DNA from: Eledone cirrhosa
Lineage: Eukaryota
Reading direction: 5' to 3'
Assembly: GCA_964016885.1 (NCBI GenBank)
Contig: OZ024745.1
Coordinates: 101,184,001-101,248,000, forward strand
Length of the DNA stretch: 64,000 nt
How positions within the stretch are numbered: the stretch's first letter is position 1; each line of letters opens with the position of its first letter. Both the position numbers and the translations under genes were made by a program. The notes beneath the pieces are model-generated. The model was not told the origin of the DNA. It saw nothing but the letters and a program-made list of their open reading frames with translations, and made no database searches. Shown one piece after another: positions 25,168 to 37,179 of the stretch.

Positions 25168-25649
25168 CATATATTAGTAAAAATGAAAAGAAAATGCTGA
25201 CAAATTTTTCCCAGTGAAAAATAGTTTAATTAGTAATAAGTATTAGTTAGTATTCAGTTTTAGTTTTAAGATTTTACCGGTTGCGCATTTCTTATGCTTT
25301 TCAAAATAATTTTGAGATAGAGTGCTCGTGATTTTTGCTCTAATCTGGTCAGTTTTGCAAATTCTTCCTGTTTTATGTGAAAAAAGTGGCTTGGGAAGTA
25401 TTATGATTTGGTTGGTTGTTGAATGTCACGTGAATAAGCACTATAAATTTCGCGCCAATTCGTATTGCAAAAATTCTTGTAGTCAAAACAATTTTAATTG
25501 GTTGGTAGAAGTCACGTGAATGTTTAAATTGATTTTAGCGCGAGCTGGTTTCGCGCCAAATGTAGGTTTGTCGAAGAGTGTCCTTTTCCGCTTGATTGAG
25601 TTGCAGTCATGTTGAGAGGTCAACAGTTCAGGTGTCTATTAAGACAAAT

Positions 25650-25822
25650 ATGTATGTGTGTGTGTGTGTGTAGCAAAGTGGTTCATTGTTGTGATAATGG
25701 AAATGAATCGGTCAGTAGGAATGTGTGTGTACGTGTGTGTGTGTTTGTAGCAAAGTGGTTCATTGTTGTGATAATGGAAATGAATCGGTCAATAGGAATT
25801 TGTGTGTACGTGTGTGTGTGTC
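25650..25822 (+). repeat. About 75-bp tandem duplication with (TG)n
   Basis: GTAGCAAAGTGGTTCATTGTTGTGATAATGGAAATGAATCGGTC occurs twice. Confidence 0.85.
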
Positions 25823-26191
25823 TGTGGGGGGGGGGGGGGGGTATTTTAAGATATTGAAACAAATTTTTCAGCTCTTGTCTTATACGGAGAAGTGTGTGTG
25901 TGTGTGTGTATGTCTGTCTGTATGTTAGTGTTCGCGTGTGCATGCGTGTGTGTGTGTACGCCATTTCTACCAGTACCACAAAAATACTGGTCCATCCACA
26001 CACACACACACACACAAACACACACGCATGCACACGCGAACACTAACATAGACAGACATACACACACGCACACACACATTATTATTTTTCTAATGACACC
26101 CTCTAAAGATATATTTTTATATGTAGATTAATAATCATTAACTGACATTAGAAACATTTATTCTCTTCACGACAGTTCTTATATATATATA

Positions 26192-26402
26192 GGAGAAAGT
26201 ATGACCCCGACGGCAGAGCTCAAACCGTTTCGACGGCTATTTCTGGACTAAAGTGAAGACTTTAGTCCAGAAATAGCCGTCGAAACGCATTGAGCTCTGC
26301 CGTCGGGGTCATACTTTCTCCAATTACCCACTCTACTACCCTAAGTATTGAGTACTCTGGTGCGTTATGGTCCATCTGGTTCCTTACCACAACTCCTTCG
26401 TT
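26192..26402 (+). mobile_element. Palindromic PLE end-remnant (family B) with 3' half of a hammerhead
   Basis: Inverted arms spanning 26192-26321; GAAACG..CGTC-GGGGTC; tail shared with 14786-14864. Confidence 0.78.
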
Positions 26403-26481
26403 ATATATATATATGTATATATATGTATATATATATATATGTATATATATATATGTATATATATATATGTATATATATATG

Positions 26482-26512
<31 letters not shown>

Positions 26513-26587
26513 GTATATATATATATGTATATATATATATATACGCACACACACATATATATGTATATACACAACACACTCACATAT

Positions 26588-26619
<32 letters not shown>

Positions 26620-26662
26620 CTAATATATTAATAAATGGAAACTATATTTATAAAACGATATT

Positions 26663-26728
26663 TATTTTATTATACATATTTCAAGGGCCACCAAGGCAAA
26701 TTATGGTGCGCTTTCATCAGATAAAATA
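26663..26728 (-). ncRNA. Type I hammerhead in the 3' pLTR (the inverted copy at 30387-30452 has GAAA>GACA)
   Basis: TATTTTAT-CTGATGA-AAG..CACCA..TGGTG..CTT-GAAA-TATGTA-T-A-ATAAAATA; 8-bp stem I. Confidence 0.8.
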
Positions 26729-28047
26729 CAGATTTGTTTCATAAATAAATATTGACATACCCGGAAAGAAAAAAAAAGACAACCTTAACGGTTGGAGCTT
26801 CCTGGATAGTGGAGATATTACATTTATTGAGGGTGATAGAAAATTATGAGTGAGTATGCAAATGAGTGTCCGAAAGGTTGAAAAGATAACGGTTTATTTA
26901 AATTAAACTGTTGGAAGAAGGTGATATGTGAGGGAGAGAGCCTAAAAGAAAAAAAAGAAGAAAGAAATGAGGAAGATAGAAGAGGAAACAAAGAACGAAT
27001 TATATATATTGACAGTGAAAATAGCGTGCATGAAGTGAAGAGTTTCAAAGGATAAATACAGCGTAAGTATATTTAAGTGAGAGAAGAAATGAGTTTCAAA
27101 GGATAAATACAGCGTAAGTATATTTACGTGAGAGAAGAAATGAAGAAATGAGAATAACGTGGAAGAATAATATTTATAATGCAGGATTCATTCTGTTTTG
27201 ATTATAATATTTATAATGATAGGATGAAAAATTAGATTAAAATTAAAATTAAAAAATTAGAAATCAAAATTAAAGATTACAATTTATCTTAATATTAAAG
27301 ATTAAAATTTACCTTAATATTAAAGATTTAATTTAATAATTTAATAATTAGTTTAAATGTGTATGTTAAGGATTATAAATTATTTAAATAAATATATATT
27401 ATTTTACATTCGAGCAAATCTAGTATAGTTTATTTTATTAAAAGTTGTAAGTCAAAAGTTTTATACATCCAAATAATTCTAAATTTCTGGAAAATGTTCG
27501 AGTTTACAAAAGAATAACCACTTAGTTATAATTATAAAAACAGTAAGGAAGCGTAAAGGAAGTTATAAGTGATTTTTTTAAGAACTCAGATGACTCTAAG
27601 GATTAAATGCTATAAAGTTAAGAAGTTAAAACATTTAAAAAAATTTATCTTAAGAATATATTTAAAGCATAAACCATAGGTTACTCCACATATATATTAA
27701 AAAAAAACATATGTTTTTCCACATATATATAAACATTTGGATATTAAAAACGTTTGAAAATATAAGAATATAAAAATATAACAATATAAAAATATTGGAA
27801 GGCGTGAAAATAATGGTTTTTCTATATCTTTCAAAGGAATTTTCAAAAGATTTTCTTAAAACCTTCCGTAAGTTTTTCAAGAAAAATTTTTCCTTAAAGG
27901 AGTTTCAAGCAGTCATATAAAGGAATTTTATAATCTATCGATAGGTGTAATAATATATATGTGAAGTAGAGATAATAGAAAGTAAATTAAGTATATGAAT
28001 CATATATAGATAGAGAAGACATTATGTAAAAGAGATAAATCGTATAT

Positions 28048-30228
28048 TACATTATATATATATATTTAAAAGTTGAATTTAAACGATGTTTGCAGGAACT
28101 GAATAAATTATTTCGTAAATTAATAGAGTTCTTACTTTTTAGTATAAATAATATTTCTTTGACACAAAGGGAACAATTTTGGGATAAAGCAGTGTATGAA
28201 GGAAATCATTTTCCAAAGTAAAGAATAGTTAATGTTCTTGGATTTCAAGTCCCATAATAAGTTAGATAGAGAAGTTGAAGATTTTTTACCAATATTCGTA
28301 AAAGAACATTTATGGTTATTAAAACGGGATTTTAAAAACGGGTTATTAAACGAGTTTTCATTTGTTTTGACATTACAATTGTATACTATATTTTTAACTA
28401 AACAATTATTATTTAGAGGAGAGTTAGATTTATTTCTACAATTACATTTATCTAAATTTAGATTATTGGGAGCCGTAACATTATATTGGATATTGCTAGG
28501 GGTATTAATGCTATTCTGGTTAGGTTTTAAGTTTCTATTATTAATTCTATTAATATTCTGCGCTAAATTCATAGTGGTGGAATATGAGAGTTTAATAGTA
28601 TGTCTATTAAATATTGAGTAATACCTGTGTGTTCTAAGAAAGCACTTATCTAGAGCTTTAAAGAATAATTTAGCAATAGGAGTTTTAATGAGAAAGGGGA
28701 GCGAACCATAATATATTTCTAGTTCTATTTTTTCTTTTGGTTTTCGAGTTAGTGTAAGGTTTTCTATTATAATATTTATAGTTATGGTTAGTTGGCACAT
28801 CCTTATTATCAATGTATTTAATTTTATTACTATAGCCTGCTCTACCTAACGCTTCGTTATAATATTTTGCCTTATCTTCAAATATATTTTTATTAGCTGA
28901 AATTCTAGAAATACGTTGCTGCACAGAATTTACAATAGTATTTTTTAACAGATCTGGGGTGATTGGAATTAAAGTTAACAGTTTAAATTCTCATTTATTT
29001 TATGAAATGGATAATAAAGACCAGTGTTAAGGTTTAAAGTTACATCTAAAAAATTAACTATTTTATAATTATTCTCTACTTCAACTTTAAGATTAACGCA
29101 ATTAAAAAGTTGTATAATTTCTTTTCTTTTCCTATTTATTTCACAATTATTATTATTTTCAATAAGTAATAGCATATCGTCACGATATAAACCACCGGTC
29201 ATCTCCGGTATTTTCCTATGTAAATTATTGTTAATAAAAAGCCCCACAAGATCCGTTAATTGCGCCGAGTCCGATGATCCCATAGTGATATCGAAATTGT
29301 TATCTCTGTCTGCTCTAGTCCAAAGGTGGTTGTTAAATTTAATTAATGTTTTACGTGCAGTTAAGATAATGTGCATTTCATTACTAGTTAAATCTATATA
29401 TTTAAATACATATGTAAGGGCTTCATTAAGTAGATTAGGAGTGATAGATGAGTAATAACTAGTAATATCTAATTGAATAAATTTATTGTTATGCTTATAT
29501 TTAATGCCCTTACACCAGTCGATAACTTCATTAGTCCCATTCCATAATTTTAAATCACATATTTCCTTAAGTTGTGGTATGATTCTATCTAAAATATTCT
29601 TGCTAAGTATGCCAAGGCCCGATTTAGATGGTGCAATCAATCTAACTAGTAATTCAATTTCAAAATTTCTTTTATGGTCCTTCATATTAATTTTTGGTTT
29701 CCTAGGTATGAAGGGTTGAGTCCTATTTTCGATGCCTAATTCCTGCATTATATAAGAAGCTTCAGTATTTAGTTTTTCAAGGTCATCATTGGTTGCTCTT
29801 TTGTAATTCTTCCTTAATTCCTTCAATATAAGATCATTGTAATTATCCTTTTGCATTCCGTAAAGATTGTTGGTTTTATCTGATTTAACTAGAATTTTTT
29901 CCGTTTTTTCAAAGCTTTCTATATTATTTTTGAGACTTTTTAGGTAATCCTGGCCTACAAAGTGGTTTTTCTTAAATTTAATGCTTTGTATGATAGATAT
30001 AATCTCATTTTCAAATTCCATTAATAGTTTGTTGGAAGGTGGATTCTTTTTGGATTTGAAGATTCTATCGAGATTGGAAATATTCTCTTTCGCATCAGAT
30101 TTATCAAAATGAAAAGCACGCCATCTGAGTCTTCTTATAAATGAGTCCGATTTTTCTATAAGTTGTTTTAGAAAGTCCTTATTCCTAGGTAAAGGTTTTA
30201 GAGAAGAAGAGATCTTAAAGAATTCCAT
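28048..30228 (-). pseudogene. Frameshifted PLE polyprotein: reverse transcriptase plus C-terminal GIY-YIG endonuclease
   Basis: LDITSYYSSI, ITMGSSDSAQLTDLVG, GLYRDDML, VNFLDVTLNL (28975-30228); CNCRNK..PL...CL..NIVY and KSRFNNHKCSF (28132-28812); CSLCVKE...CKHR in another frame to about 28048; split over at least 4 frames. Confidence 0.9.
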
Positions 30229-30609
30229 TTTTAATCAGTTATAATTTAAAGCGCTCAACAACAAAGGAGCAAAATATATGCAGAGGTTATATTTAATTTG
30301 TTGGGATTCAACAAGCTTAAACATATTTATAACTGATATTTTTTTTCTTTCCGGGTATGTCAATATTTATTTATAAAACAAATCTGTATTTTATCTGATG
30401 AAAGCGAACCATAATTTGCCTTGGTGGCCCTTGACATATGTATAATAAAATAAATATGGTTTTATAAATATAGTTTCCATTTATTAATATATTATGTATT
30501 TACTCCACTAACAGTTGAGTGCTTTATATCAGTTATAAAAATGTTTAAGCTTGTTGAATCCCAACAAATTAAATATAACCTCTGCATATATACATATCTA
30601 TATATATAC

Positions 30610-30663
<54 letters not shown>

Positions 30664-30757
30664 TATATATATTTATACATATATATATATATATTTATAC
30701 ATATATATATATATATATATTTATACATATATATATATATATATTTATACATACATA

Positions 30758-30839
<82 letters not shown>

Positions 30840-30903
30840 CACATATATATATATACATATATATATATACATATATATATATATGTATATACATATATAT
30901 ATG

Positions 30904-30958
<55 letters not shown>

Positions 30959-30959
<1 letters not shown>

Positions 30960-31380
30960 TATTAATAAGAGGAATTCCAACTTTGTCTGATTTACTCGTT
31001 TTATTTACAATCCTTTAAAATTTATAATGGTATTATAATGAAATAGTATGATAGAATATTAAATTCTAAGTGTTAATTGAACAAGTACTTTCATGCTTTC
31101 GCAATCTTCAGGTTCACAATATGTGGTGACAGTCAAGTTTGCAATTTTCAACAGTTGAAAATTGCAAACTTGACTGTCACCACATATTATGAACCTGAAG
31201 ATTGCGAAAGCATGAAAGTACTTGTTCAATTAACACTTAGAATTTAATATTCTATCATACTATTTCATTATAATACCATTATAAATTTTAAAGGATTGTA
31301 AATAAAACGAGTAAATCAGACAAAGTTGGAATTCCTCTTATTAATATAATCTTCTATACACAATCATACACACCCGTGTA
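30959..31380 (+). mobile_element. About 390-bp near-perfect palindrome (centre 31153) plus tail: PLE end-remnant
   Basis: 30959-31152 is the reverse complement of 31154-31347; abuts (TA)n. Confidence 0.88.
31190..31228 (+). ncRNA. Minimal type I hammerhead (antisense copy at 31078-31116)
   Basis: TGAAC-CTGAAGA-T-TGC-GAAA-GCA-T-GAAA-GTAC-T-T-GTTCA; palindromic helix III AGTACT. Confidence 0.8.
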
Positions 31381-31627
31381 TATTTATCTATCTATCTATA
31401 TATCTATCTCTGGGATGGACACACGCGTATAACTTGCTGAGTAAGTTCTGTTTAAATTTCTATAGAAATTCTTGTGTGATAACTTTAATTTTTGTACCAT
31501 TTTGTAGAGGGACTGCCAGGTCAAACTTTGATCTGGTCAGTCTCTCAAAATATTCTACGCCTTTAGGCGAAATAGTTAAACAAAAAAAAAAAAGTTTTTT
31601 CTTGTTGAAAAGTCAATATTTTTTTAA

Positions 31628-33406
31628 ATGGCCGAAGCTTCTTCACCAAAATTTGAAGGAGGAAAGGGGAAGATGAACTTACAGCTTCCCCCTGCCACTG
31701 TCACAGTAGCAGAGGTCAAGAAGAAAGGTCAGCCAGAGGAAGAATTCTCTCCACCTGTTAACCGACAACTTGACGTTGCCATGGCAACAACTCAAAGAAC
31801 CAGCGGCAACAGCAACAACAACAATGCGACGGACGAAAACAACACCAATAACAATAACAACAACAAGACCAATAACGGTGACAACAACAACAATGATAAC
31901 AACAACACCACCAACGACAACAACAACACAAACAAACAAAATTTCTCCTTCGCCGAGACGACAAGGAAAACCCTCGACTATCTGCCAGTAGATATAACAA
32001 AAGCGAAGGAGCTACTGGCGGATGCGAAAAAATATATAGTGTACGGGGAAAATGGTTCATTCACAATCCATTCCCCCCCGGAACTAAAAAGCCAGAGACT
32101 CCTAAACACGGTCATGTTTAGGACAATCTCGAACAAAAGTAAAAAACCAGCTCAACCATCACAGAGCGAGATAGAGCTGGTTTTAAAAGACGTCATGAAG
32201 GACATCACCTTCATTCAGAAGGATAGACTCTACGGGAGTCTATCCATTCTCATGAAGGACAGGGACACAGCAGTGAAACTGTCCATCAAACCAATCACAT
32301 CCACCGCATACACCTTCTACCCTACGTACATGGGTAGAAGAACACAAAAAATAAAAATCCACACCATCCTGCCGATTATGGACATATGGTGGGTTTTGAC
32401 AGGTTTTCTGGACCTGGAGGATGACATGCTGGTGTCCATGGGAAAGGCATCGGGTGACGCGTTCAGTGGAACGAGCCTCGAACTTGTAGTTCAAATGAGG
32501 CCCGAAAGGATCGCCCAGATCCCTGAACGCGTCATACTGGATGATCTAACCTTCATCAACATTACCGTTGAGGGTAGACGGCCCTCGTGTTACCTCTGCG
32601 GAACCAGAGGTCACCTGAGGGCTGTCTGTCCCCAACTTAATAAGAAAACCCCAATCCTGCCTACACCACCAACAGCTGCACAACCAACACAATCACCACA
32701 ACTACCACTACAAAAACAACCACCACAGCTCAAACCAAAACAAAACAATGTCCAACCCATCCCCTCCACTCAAAAAACAAAAACAATTTCCAAAACACCC
32801 GTACCGCAAACACAACCCGAAAATATACCCCTCCCCTCCAACGCGGAAGATGACCCTAGTTCGTCGTCAGACGAGGAGGAGCACTTCCACACAATCAAAA
32901 GAAAAAAAAGAAAACACACCTCAGACACACAAATGAAAAAAAACCCTCCCCAAAACATAACACTGACACCAACACAAAAGAGCTCACAACAGCAAACAAA
33001 AAACACCACACAAAAACAAAAACATGCATACACATACATAAATACAAGAAACAAAAAACTGTTAAACATTGTGTACAACAACAATCTAATAAAAACACAA
33101 GGGCCTAACTTCACCCAGGCAGGGGATTTCCCCCACCTCAAAATGATTAAGGCCCCACAGGACACCTATAAAACTTTAAAAAACAATTTTAAAGAGGACG
33201 TGGGTCCCCCCTGCGTCGGGCCCATTAACCGCGTCCTCCTAAAAAACTATCCCACCCCCTCCCCAAACACCCTCACAACTCCAAGCTCCCCAACCACACA
33301 ACACACTGATGCCCCCACACTTCCACAAACCACCACCCCAGCCAACAACCCATCCCCCACCCTAATGGAAATTGTGCAGCCCGATACCCGGGACGCAGAG
33401 AGGTAA
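31628..33406 (+). CDS. LINE ORF1 (gag-like nucleic-acid-binding protein)
   Basis: 592 aa; CCHC knuckle CYLCGTRGHLRAVC; N-, P-, Q- and T-rich low-complexity linkers; directly upstream of ORF2. Confidence 0.9.
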   Translation: MAEASSPKFEGGKGKMNLQLPPATVTVAEVKKKGQPEEEFSPPVNRQLDVAMATTQRTSGNSNNNNATDENNTNNNNNNKTNNGDNNNNDNNNTTNDNNNTNKQNFSFAETTRKTLDYLPVDITKAKELLADAKKYIVYGENGSFTIHSPPELKSQRLLNTVMFRTISNKSKKPAQPSQSEIELVLKDVMKDITFIQKDRLYGSLSILMKDRDTAVKLSIKPITSTAYTFYPTYMGRRTQKIKIHTILPIMDIWWVLTGFLDLEDDMLVSMGKASGDAFSGTSLELVVQMRPERIAQIPERVILDDLTFINITVEGRRPSCYLCGTRGHLRAVCPQLNKKTPILPTPPTAAQPTQSPQLPLQKQPPQLKPKQNNVQPIPSTQKTKTISKTPVPQTQPENIPLPSNAEDDPSSSSDEEEHFHTIKRKKRKHTSDTQMKKNPPQNITLTPTQKSSQQQTKNTTQKQKHAYTYINTRNKKLLNIVYNNNLIKTQGPNFTQAGDFPHLKMIKAPQDTYKTLKNNFKEDVGPPCVGPINRVLLKNYPTPSPNTLTTPSSPTTQHTDAPTLPQTTTPANNPSPTLMEIVQPDTRDAER

Positions 33407-33430
33407 GTGCCTTTTCTCTTCACCACCAAC

Positions 33431-36400
33431 ATGGCTATGCTAAGAGTAGGCTGTTTAAATGCGCGTGGCCTGGGCTCAACTTGGAAGCAAGCAATGCTTC
33501 TAAATGACCTCAGGTCACAACGTATAGATGTGATGGTTATTTGCGAGGCCCGGATCAGCAACGTGCGACAGCTGGCCCCCACCTTTGATGACTTTGAGAT
33601 GCACGCATCTCTCTGTCAGCCCGGAGGTGGGGGTGGAGTTGTCGTTCTGCTGCAAAAACATCTGGGTCTCGCAACACAGATGGTACATTTGGACCCGGAG
33701 GGTCGACTAGTGGTTCTGGACCTTGGCAGTGGTAAAGGCGGAGCGTTTAGGTTGGTAGCCGCCTACGGCCCTTTCGGGTCAATGCAGCCGGACTTCTTCC
33801 ATCGTCTGGAGACTTTTCTAGGGACGTCCCGCTCCTTGCTATTAGTGGGGGACTGGAATGGTATCCTAGATGCACGCTGGGACTACGTAGGGGCCTGCCC
33901 CGATAGAGAGGGGTGTAATAGCCTCAAAGGGTTAATCGGTCGATTTGACCTGGCCGATAGATATCGACTAGATTTTCCGACTGCGCCAACCTGGACTTGG
34001 GCAAATCGTAGCGGATCATCTAGGTCGTACCTAGATAGGTTCTTAGTTAGAATTAAGGATAAGGACTTTTTAAGTTGTCCAAAAATGCGCATTGTTGGCT
34101 ATTCAGACCACAAATTAGTGACCTGCATGGTCAACCTTGACAGAACTCATAGACAGGGCCCCGGTTACTGGAAGCTCAACTTGTCCTTGCCGGCAAGTAG
34201 AGCCTACAGGAATCGGATTAGTACGTTAGTTAAGGAACGGTTGACTGGAGCGATCGTCAACAGCAGGTGGTGGGTATCTCTAAAGAGAGAGATTAGAGTA
34301 GTCTCGATAGAATTTAGTAAGGTTCTAGCTGCGGATAGGAATAGGAAGGAAAGGGAGCTAATAGATAGAGTAGAAGAGGCAATTAGAAGCGGCGACGTGG
34401 CCAGAGTGCTAGCGTCGAGAACGGCTTTGAGCCAGTTTTTCGACGCGAAGCACGAAGGCTGCGTTGTCCGAAGTAAAATACGTGCTCTAGGGAACGAGGG
34501 GACCAAAGCTGTTAGCTGGGCCCGCGTGACAGAGGCCAACAGTGGAACTAAATCCACCATCCGGTCTTTGCGAGACCTGGATGGACGGGCGATTCTTGAG
34601 CCTAAGCAGATGTGTGAGGCCTTTCAAAGGCACTTTGCCCGACTGTTCGGGAGGGGCGGGGAGCCGGTTGGGAGCGTGGACTTCGGTCCATACCTCGACG
34701 GCCTGCCGCGCCTCTCGGACAGGGAGGCGAAGTCCTGCGAAGAGCCGATTTCGGCCGCTGAGATAGAGGACGTGCTGAGCCAATGCGGCAAACGCAAATC
34801 CCCGGGTCTCGATGGTCTTCCTTACGAATTATATCTAGCTATGCCGGACTTGTTCCCCGATCTCCTCGAGGCGGTCTACTGCAACTGGCAACAGAACGGG
34901 AGAATTCCCTGTACTGTGACCAAGGGCGTAGTCACGCTAGTGAGGAAGGACGAGAACAAGGGGGACGAAATAAGTAACTTCAGGCCCATAACACTGCTAA
35001 ATACAGAGTTACAGATTTTGGCCAAGGTGCTAGCAAAGAGGTTGGCGCTTGTCGTGGGCAACCTGGTGGGAGATGCGCAGACATGCGCTATCCCGTCCAG
35101 GTCCATCCATGACAACCTCCACCTCATGCGATACATCATAGAGAGGGTTGGGAACGAACCCGGCTTTGGTGGGGCTCTGATCAACTTGGATCAATCTAAG
35201 GCGTTCGATAGGGTCGACCATGGTTACCTGGATGCGGTGCTAGCGGCGGCAGGCTTCGGACCCGTTTTCAGGGGCTGGATCACTGCTATGCACAGCAGCC
35301 GCATCTGCTCTAGGGTCAAGGTGAACGGCTACCTCTCGGAGCCGTTCAAAATCGCGCGGTCCATCCGACAAGGGTGCCCTCTCTCCTCCCTTCTGTATGT
35401 GTTGACTCTCGAGCCACTACTGCGGAAGTTGGAGTTGTTGCAGGGCATCCCTTTGGAACCGGGATTGCGGAAAGCGGTGTCGGCCTACGCCGATGACGTG
35501 ACAGTAATGGTGTCGACGGCCTCCGAAATCGAGGCGGTCGGCACCTTACTGGAGGAGTACGAAAAGTTCACAGGGGCTGGGCTGAACCGGGACAAGTCGA
35601 TCGGTTTGCAACTCGGCACGTGGAGGGGCAGACCGATGCCCTCCGATAGCGTCGTCGGACGCTGGACGGAGGGCCCGGTGGGGTTGCTCGGGGTCTGGTT
35701 CGGACCGGACCTCCAGGTGGAGAGGGGCTGGGCGGAGGTTGCGAGCAGGGTGTTTGCACTGACCCAGAGGTGGGCCAGTTGCAAACTGTCCCTGGGGGGC
35801 CGGGCGGAGGTGGCGAGCGCCTACGTGGCGTCCGTCGTCTGCTGCCGCCTGACCGTGGTGCCCTGCCCAAGGGAAACCCTCACCAAGATGGAGCGCGCGC
35901 TCTTCCAATTCCTTTGGAAGAGGCGGGCTCCTATGGTGAGGAGATCCATCTGCTGTCAACACCCTTCGAAAGGAGGGCTGGGGATGCCGTGGCTAATGAT
36001 GCGTAAACACGCATTAAGGCTACGGCACCTCTACGTATTCCTCACCGGACAACCGGTGTGGGCCTCGTTTGTGAGACGAACCTTTCCCAGACTCGTCTCA
36101 CTCACCGAGCTGCAATCCTGGGTCAAGCAAAGACCGAGAAAACTGGGCGCCTGGCACACTGAGTGTGCCCAGGCGCTCACCGCCCTCTGGCAGGCGGATC
36201 CGGTTATCAGTGGAGACTCCACCGCAACATTCTATAGAGGGCTGGTACGCAGCAGGTGCGACGACGCCCTCGGAGAAGCCCTAGACATGGAGGAGGACGA
36301 ACTGGCCAGCCTGTTCGGTAGGACATTCAGCCCGGGACCTATGGACAACTTCCAGAAGTCCCTGGCCTGGCAGTGCTACCGAGGGGCTTCACCCGTTCGA

Positions 36401-36868
36401 GAAAGGCTCTACAGACACGGGCGCCCGGGTAGGGACCCCGCCAAAAAGATCTGTCCCAGATGCGTGTGCGACGAGGAAACCGTTGCACACGCATTAGTAC
36501 ACTGCTCGGGCGTAGCCGATCTGTGGGGCTATGTCGAACAACTGCTGTCAAGGGTGGGACCGATCCGGTTGACCACCGAGTCTATTGTAATGATCAAGCC
36601 GCCTCCCCCCTTCAAAGATGAAGCAGAGGCGGTGTTTCTGTGCGTAATAGCCATGGCGAAAGAGGTTGTATGGTGGACGCGTCTGAAAGGACTGAGGTCG
36701 GGCACCTTTCTCTCTGGCCAACAACTGGTCCGTTTCTTCCGATATCATTTCGGAAGAAGGATCAGGATGGAGAGAGAGGTGCTGCACCCCAGCCGTTTCT
36801 ATGAAAGATGGGTGAAAGTGGCGAGAATGGCCCGTGTGAATGGGCCTTCACTCTACATCAGACTATAG
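33431..36868 (+). CDS. LINE ORF2: AP-endonuclease + reverse transcriptase + C-terminal Zn finger
   Basis: CLNARGL, GDWN, SYLDRF, SDH (APE); KSPGLDG, NFRPITLLN, DQSKAFDRVDH, QGCPLS, YADD (RT); CPRC..EETVAHALVHC. First ATG at 33431; frame open from 33407. Confidence 0.95.
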   Translation: MAMLRVGCLNARGLGSTWKQAMLLNDLRSQRIDVMVICEARISNVRQLAPTFDDFEMHASLCQPGGGGGVVVLLQKHLGLATQMVHLDPEGRLVVLDLGSGKGGAFRLVAAYGPFGSMQPDFFHRLETFLGTSRSLLLVGDWNGILDARWDYVGACPDREGCNSLKGLIGRFDLADRYRLDFPTAPTWTWANRSGSSRSYLDRFLVRIKDKDFLSCPKMRIVGYSDHKLVTCMVNLDRTHRQGPGYWKLNLSLPASRAYRNRISTLVKERLTGAIVNSRWWVSLKREIRVVSIEFSKVLAADRNRKERELIDRVEEAIRSGDVARVLASRTALSQFFDAKHEGCVVRSKIRALGNEGTKAVSWARVTEANSGTKSTIRSLRDLDGRAILEPKQMCEAFQRHFARLFGRGGEPVGSVDFGPYLDGLPRLSDREAKSCEEPISAAEIEDVLSQCGKRKSPGLDGLPYELYLAMPDLFPDLLEAVYCNWQQNGRIPCTVTKGVVTLVRKDENKGDEISNFRPITLLNTELQILAKVLAKRLALVVGNLVGDAQTCAIPSRSIHDNLHLMRYIIERVGNEPGFGGALINLDQSKAFDRVDHGYLDAVLAAAGFGPVFRGWITAMHSSRICSRVKVNGYLSEPFKIARSIRQGCPLSSLLYVLTLEPLLRKLELLQGIPLEPGLRKAVSAYADDVTVMVSTASEIEAVGTLLEEYEKFTGAGLNRDKSIGLQLGTWRGRPMPSDSVVGRWTEGPVGLLGVWFGPDLQVERGWAEVASRVFALTQRWASCKLSLGGRAEVASAYVASVVCCRLTVVPCPRETLTKMERALFQFLWKRRAPMVRRSICCQHPSKGGLGMPWLMMRKHALRLRHLYVFLTGQPVWASFVRRTFPRLVSLTELQSWVKQRPRKLGAWHTECAQALTALWQADPVISGDSTATFYRGLVRSRCDDALGEALDMEEDELASLFGRTFSPGPMDNFQKSLAWQCYRGASPVRERLYRHGRPGRDPAKKICPRCVCDEETVAHALVHCSGVADLWGYVEQLLSRVGPIRLTTESIVMIKPPPPFKDEAEAVFLCVIAMAKEVVWWTRLKGLRSGTFLSGQQLVRFFRYHFGRRIRMEREVLHPSRFYERWVKVARMARVNGPSLYIRL

Positions 36869-37146
36869 GTGAGGAAGATGAAAGACCAAGGGAGCACCCC
36901 TTCTCTGTGCTCCTGAGGAGAAGGGTTGCACACTTTTTTCGGGGGTGTGTGCGACCCCCCAAGGCGCCTCCTCTCTATTGAGGATTTTGTTAAAAATTTT
37001 ATTTTTTGTTATATCTTATTTTATTTTTATATTTTGTTATTGCCTCCTCCTTATTGAGGACGCCTTTTTGTGTAAACTCCCCCCTTTGTACTTGTCCCAC
37101 TTTTGATGCCCTGGTGGCAAATAAAAGAAACATATCTATATATCTA

Positions 37147-37179
<33 letters not shown>

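Larger units (their letters stand above)
26623..30590 (-). mobile_element. Penelope-like retroelement (Naiad-like), near full length, with 3' pLTR (26623-26776) and inverted 5' pLTR segment (30340-30590)
   Basis: RT and GIY-YIG ORF pieces; 26623-26776 is the reverse complement of 30340-30492; 30525-30590 is the reverse complement of 30275-30340; flanked by (TA)n. Confidence 0.9.
31412..37132 (+). mobile_element. Full-length Tx1-clade (L1 group) non-LTR retrotransposon
   Basis: Two intact ORFs, AATAAA plus short A-rich end, 19-bp TSD TATCTATATATCTATCTCT (31393-31411 and 37133-37151). Confidence 0.93.

Noticed and set aside
26202-26212. TGACCCCGACG (also near 14653) resembling the tRNA-Trp PBS
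   Set aside because: It is the antisense of the hammerhead GUC site plus stem I (CGTC-GGGGTC) and lacks the TGG that pairs with CCA; likely coincidence.
33883-36787. Multiple antisense or alternate-frame ORFs within the Tx1 ORF2
   Set aside because: Expected shadow ORFs of GC-rich coding DNA; no recognisable motifs.
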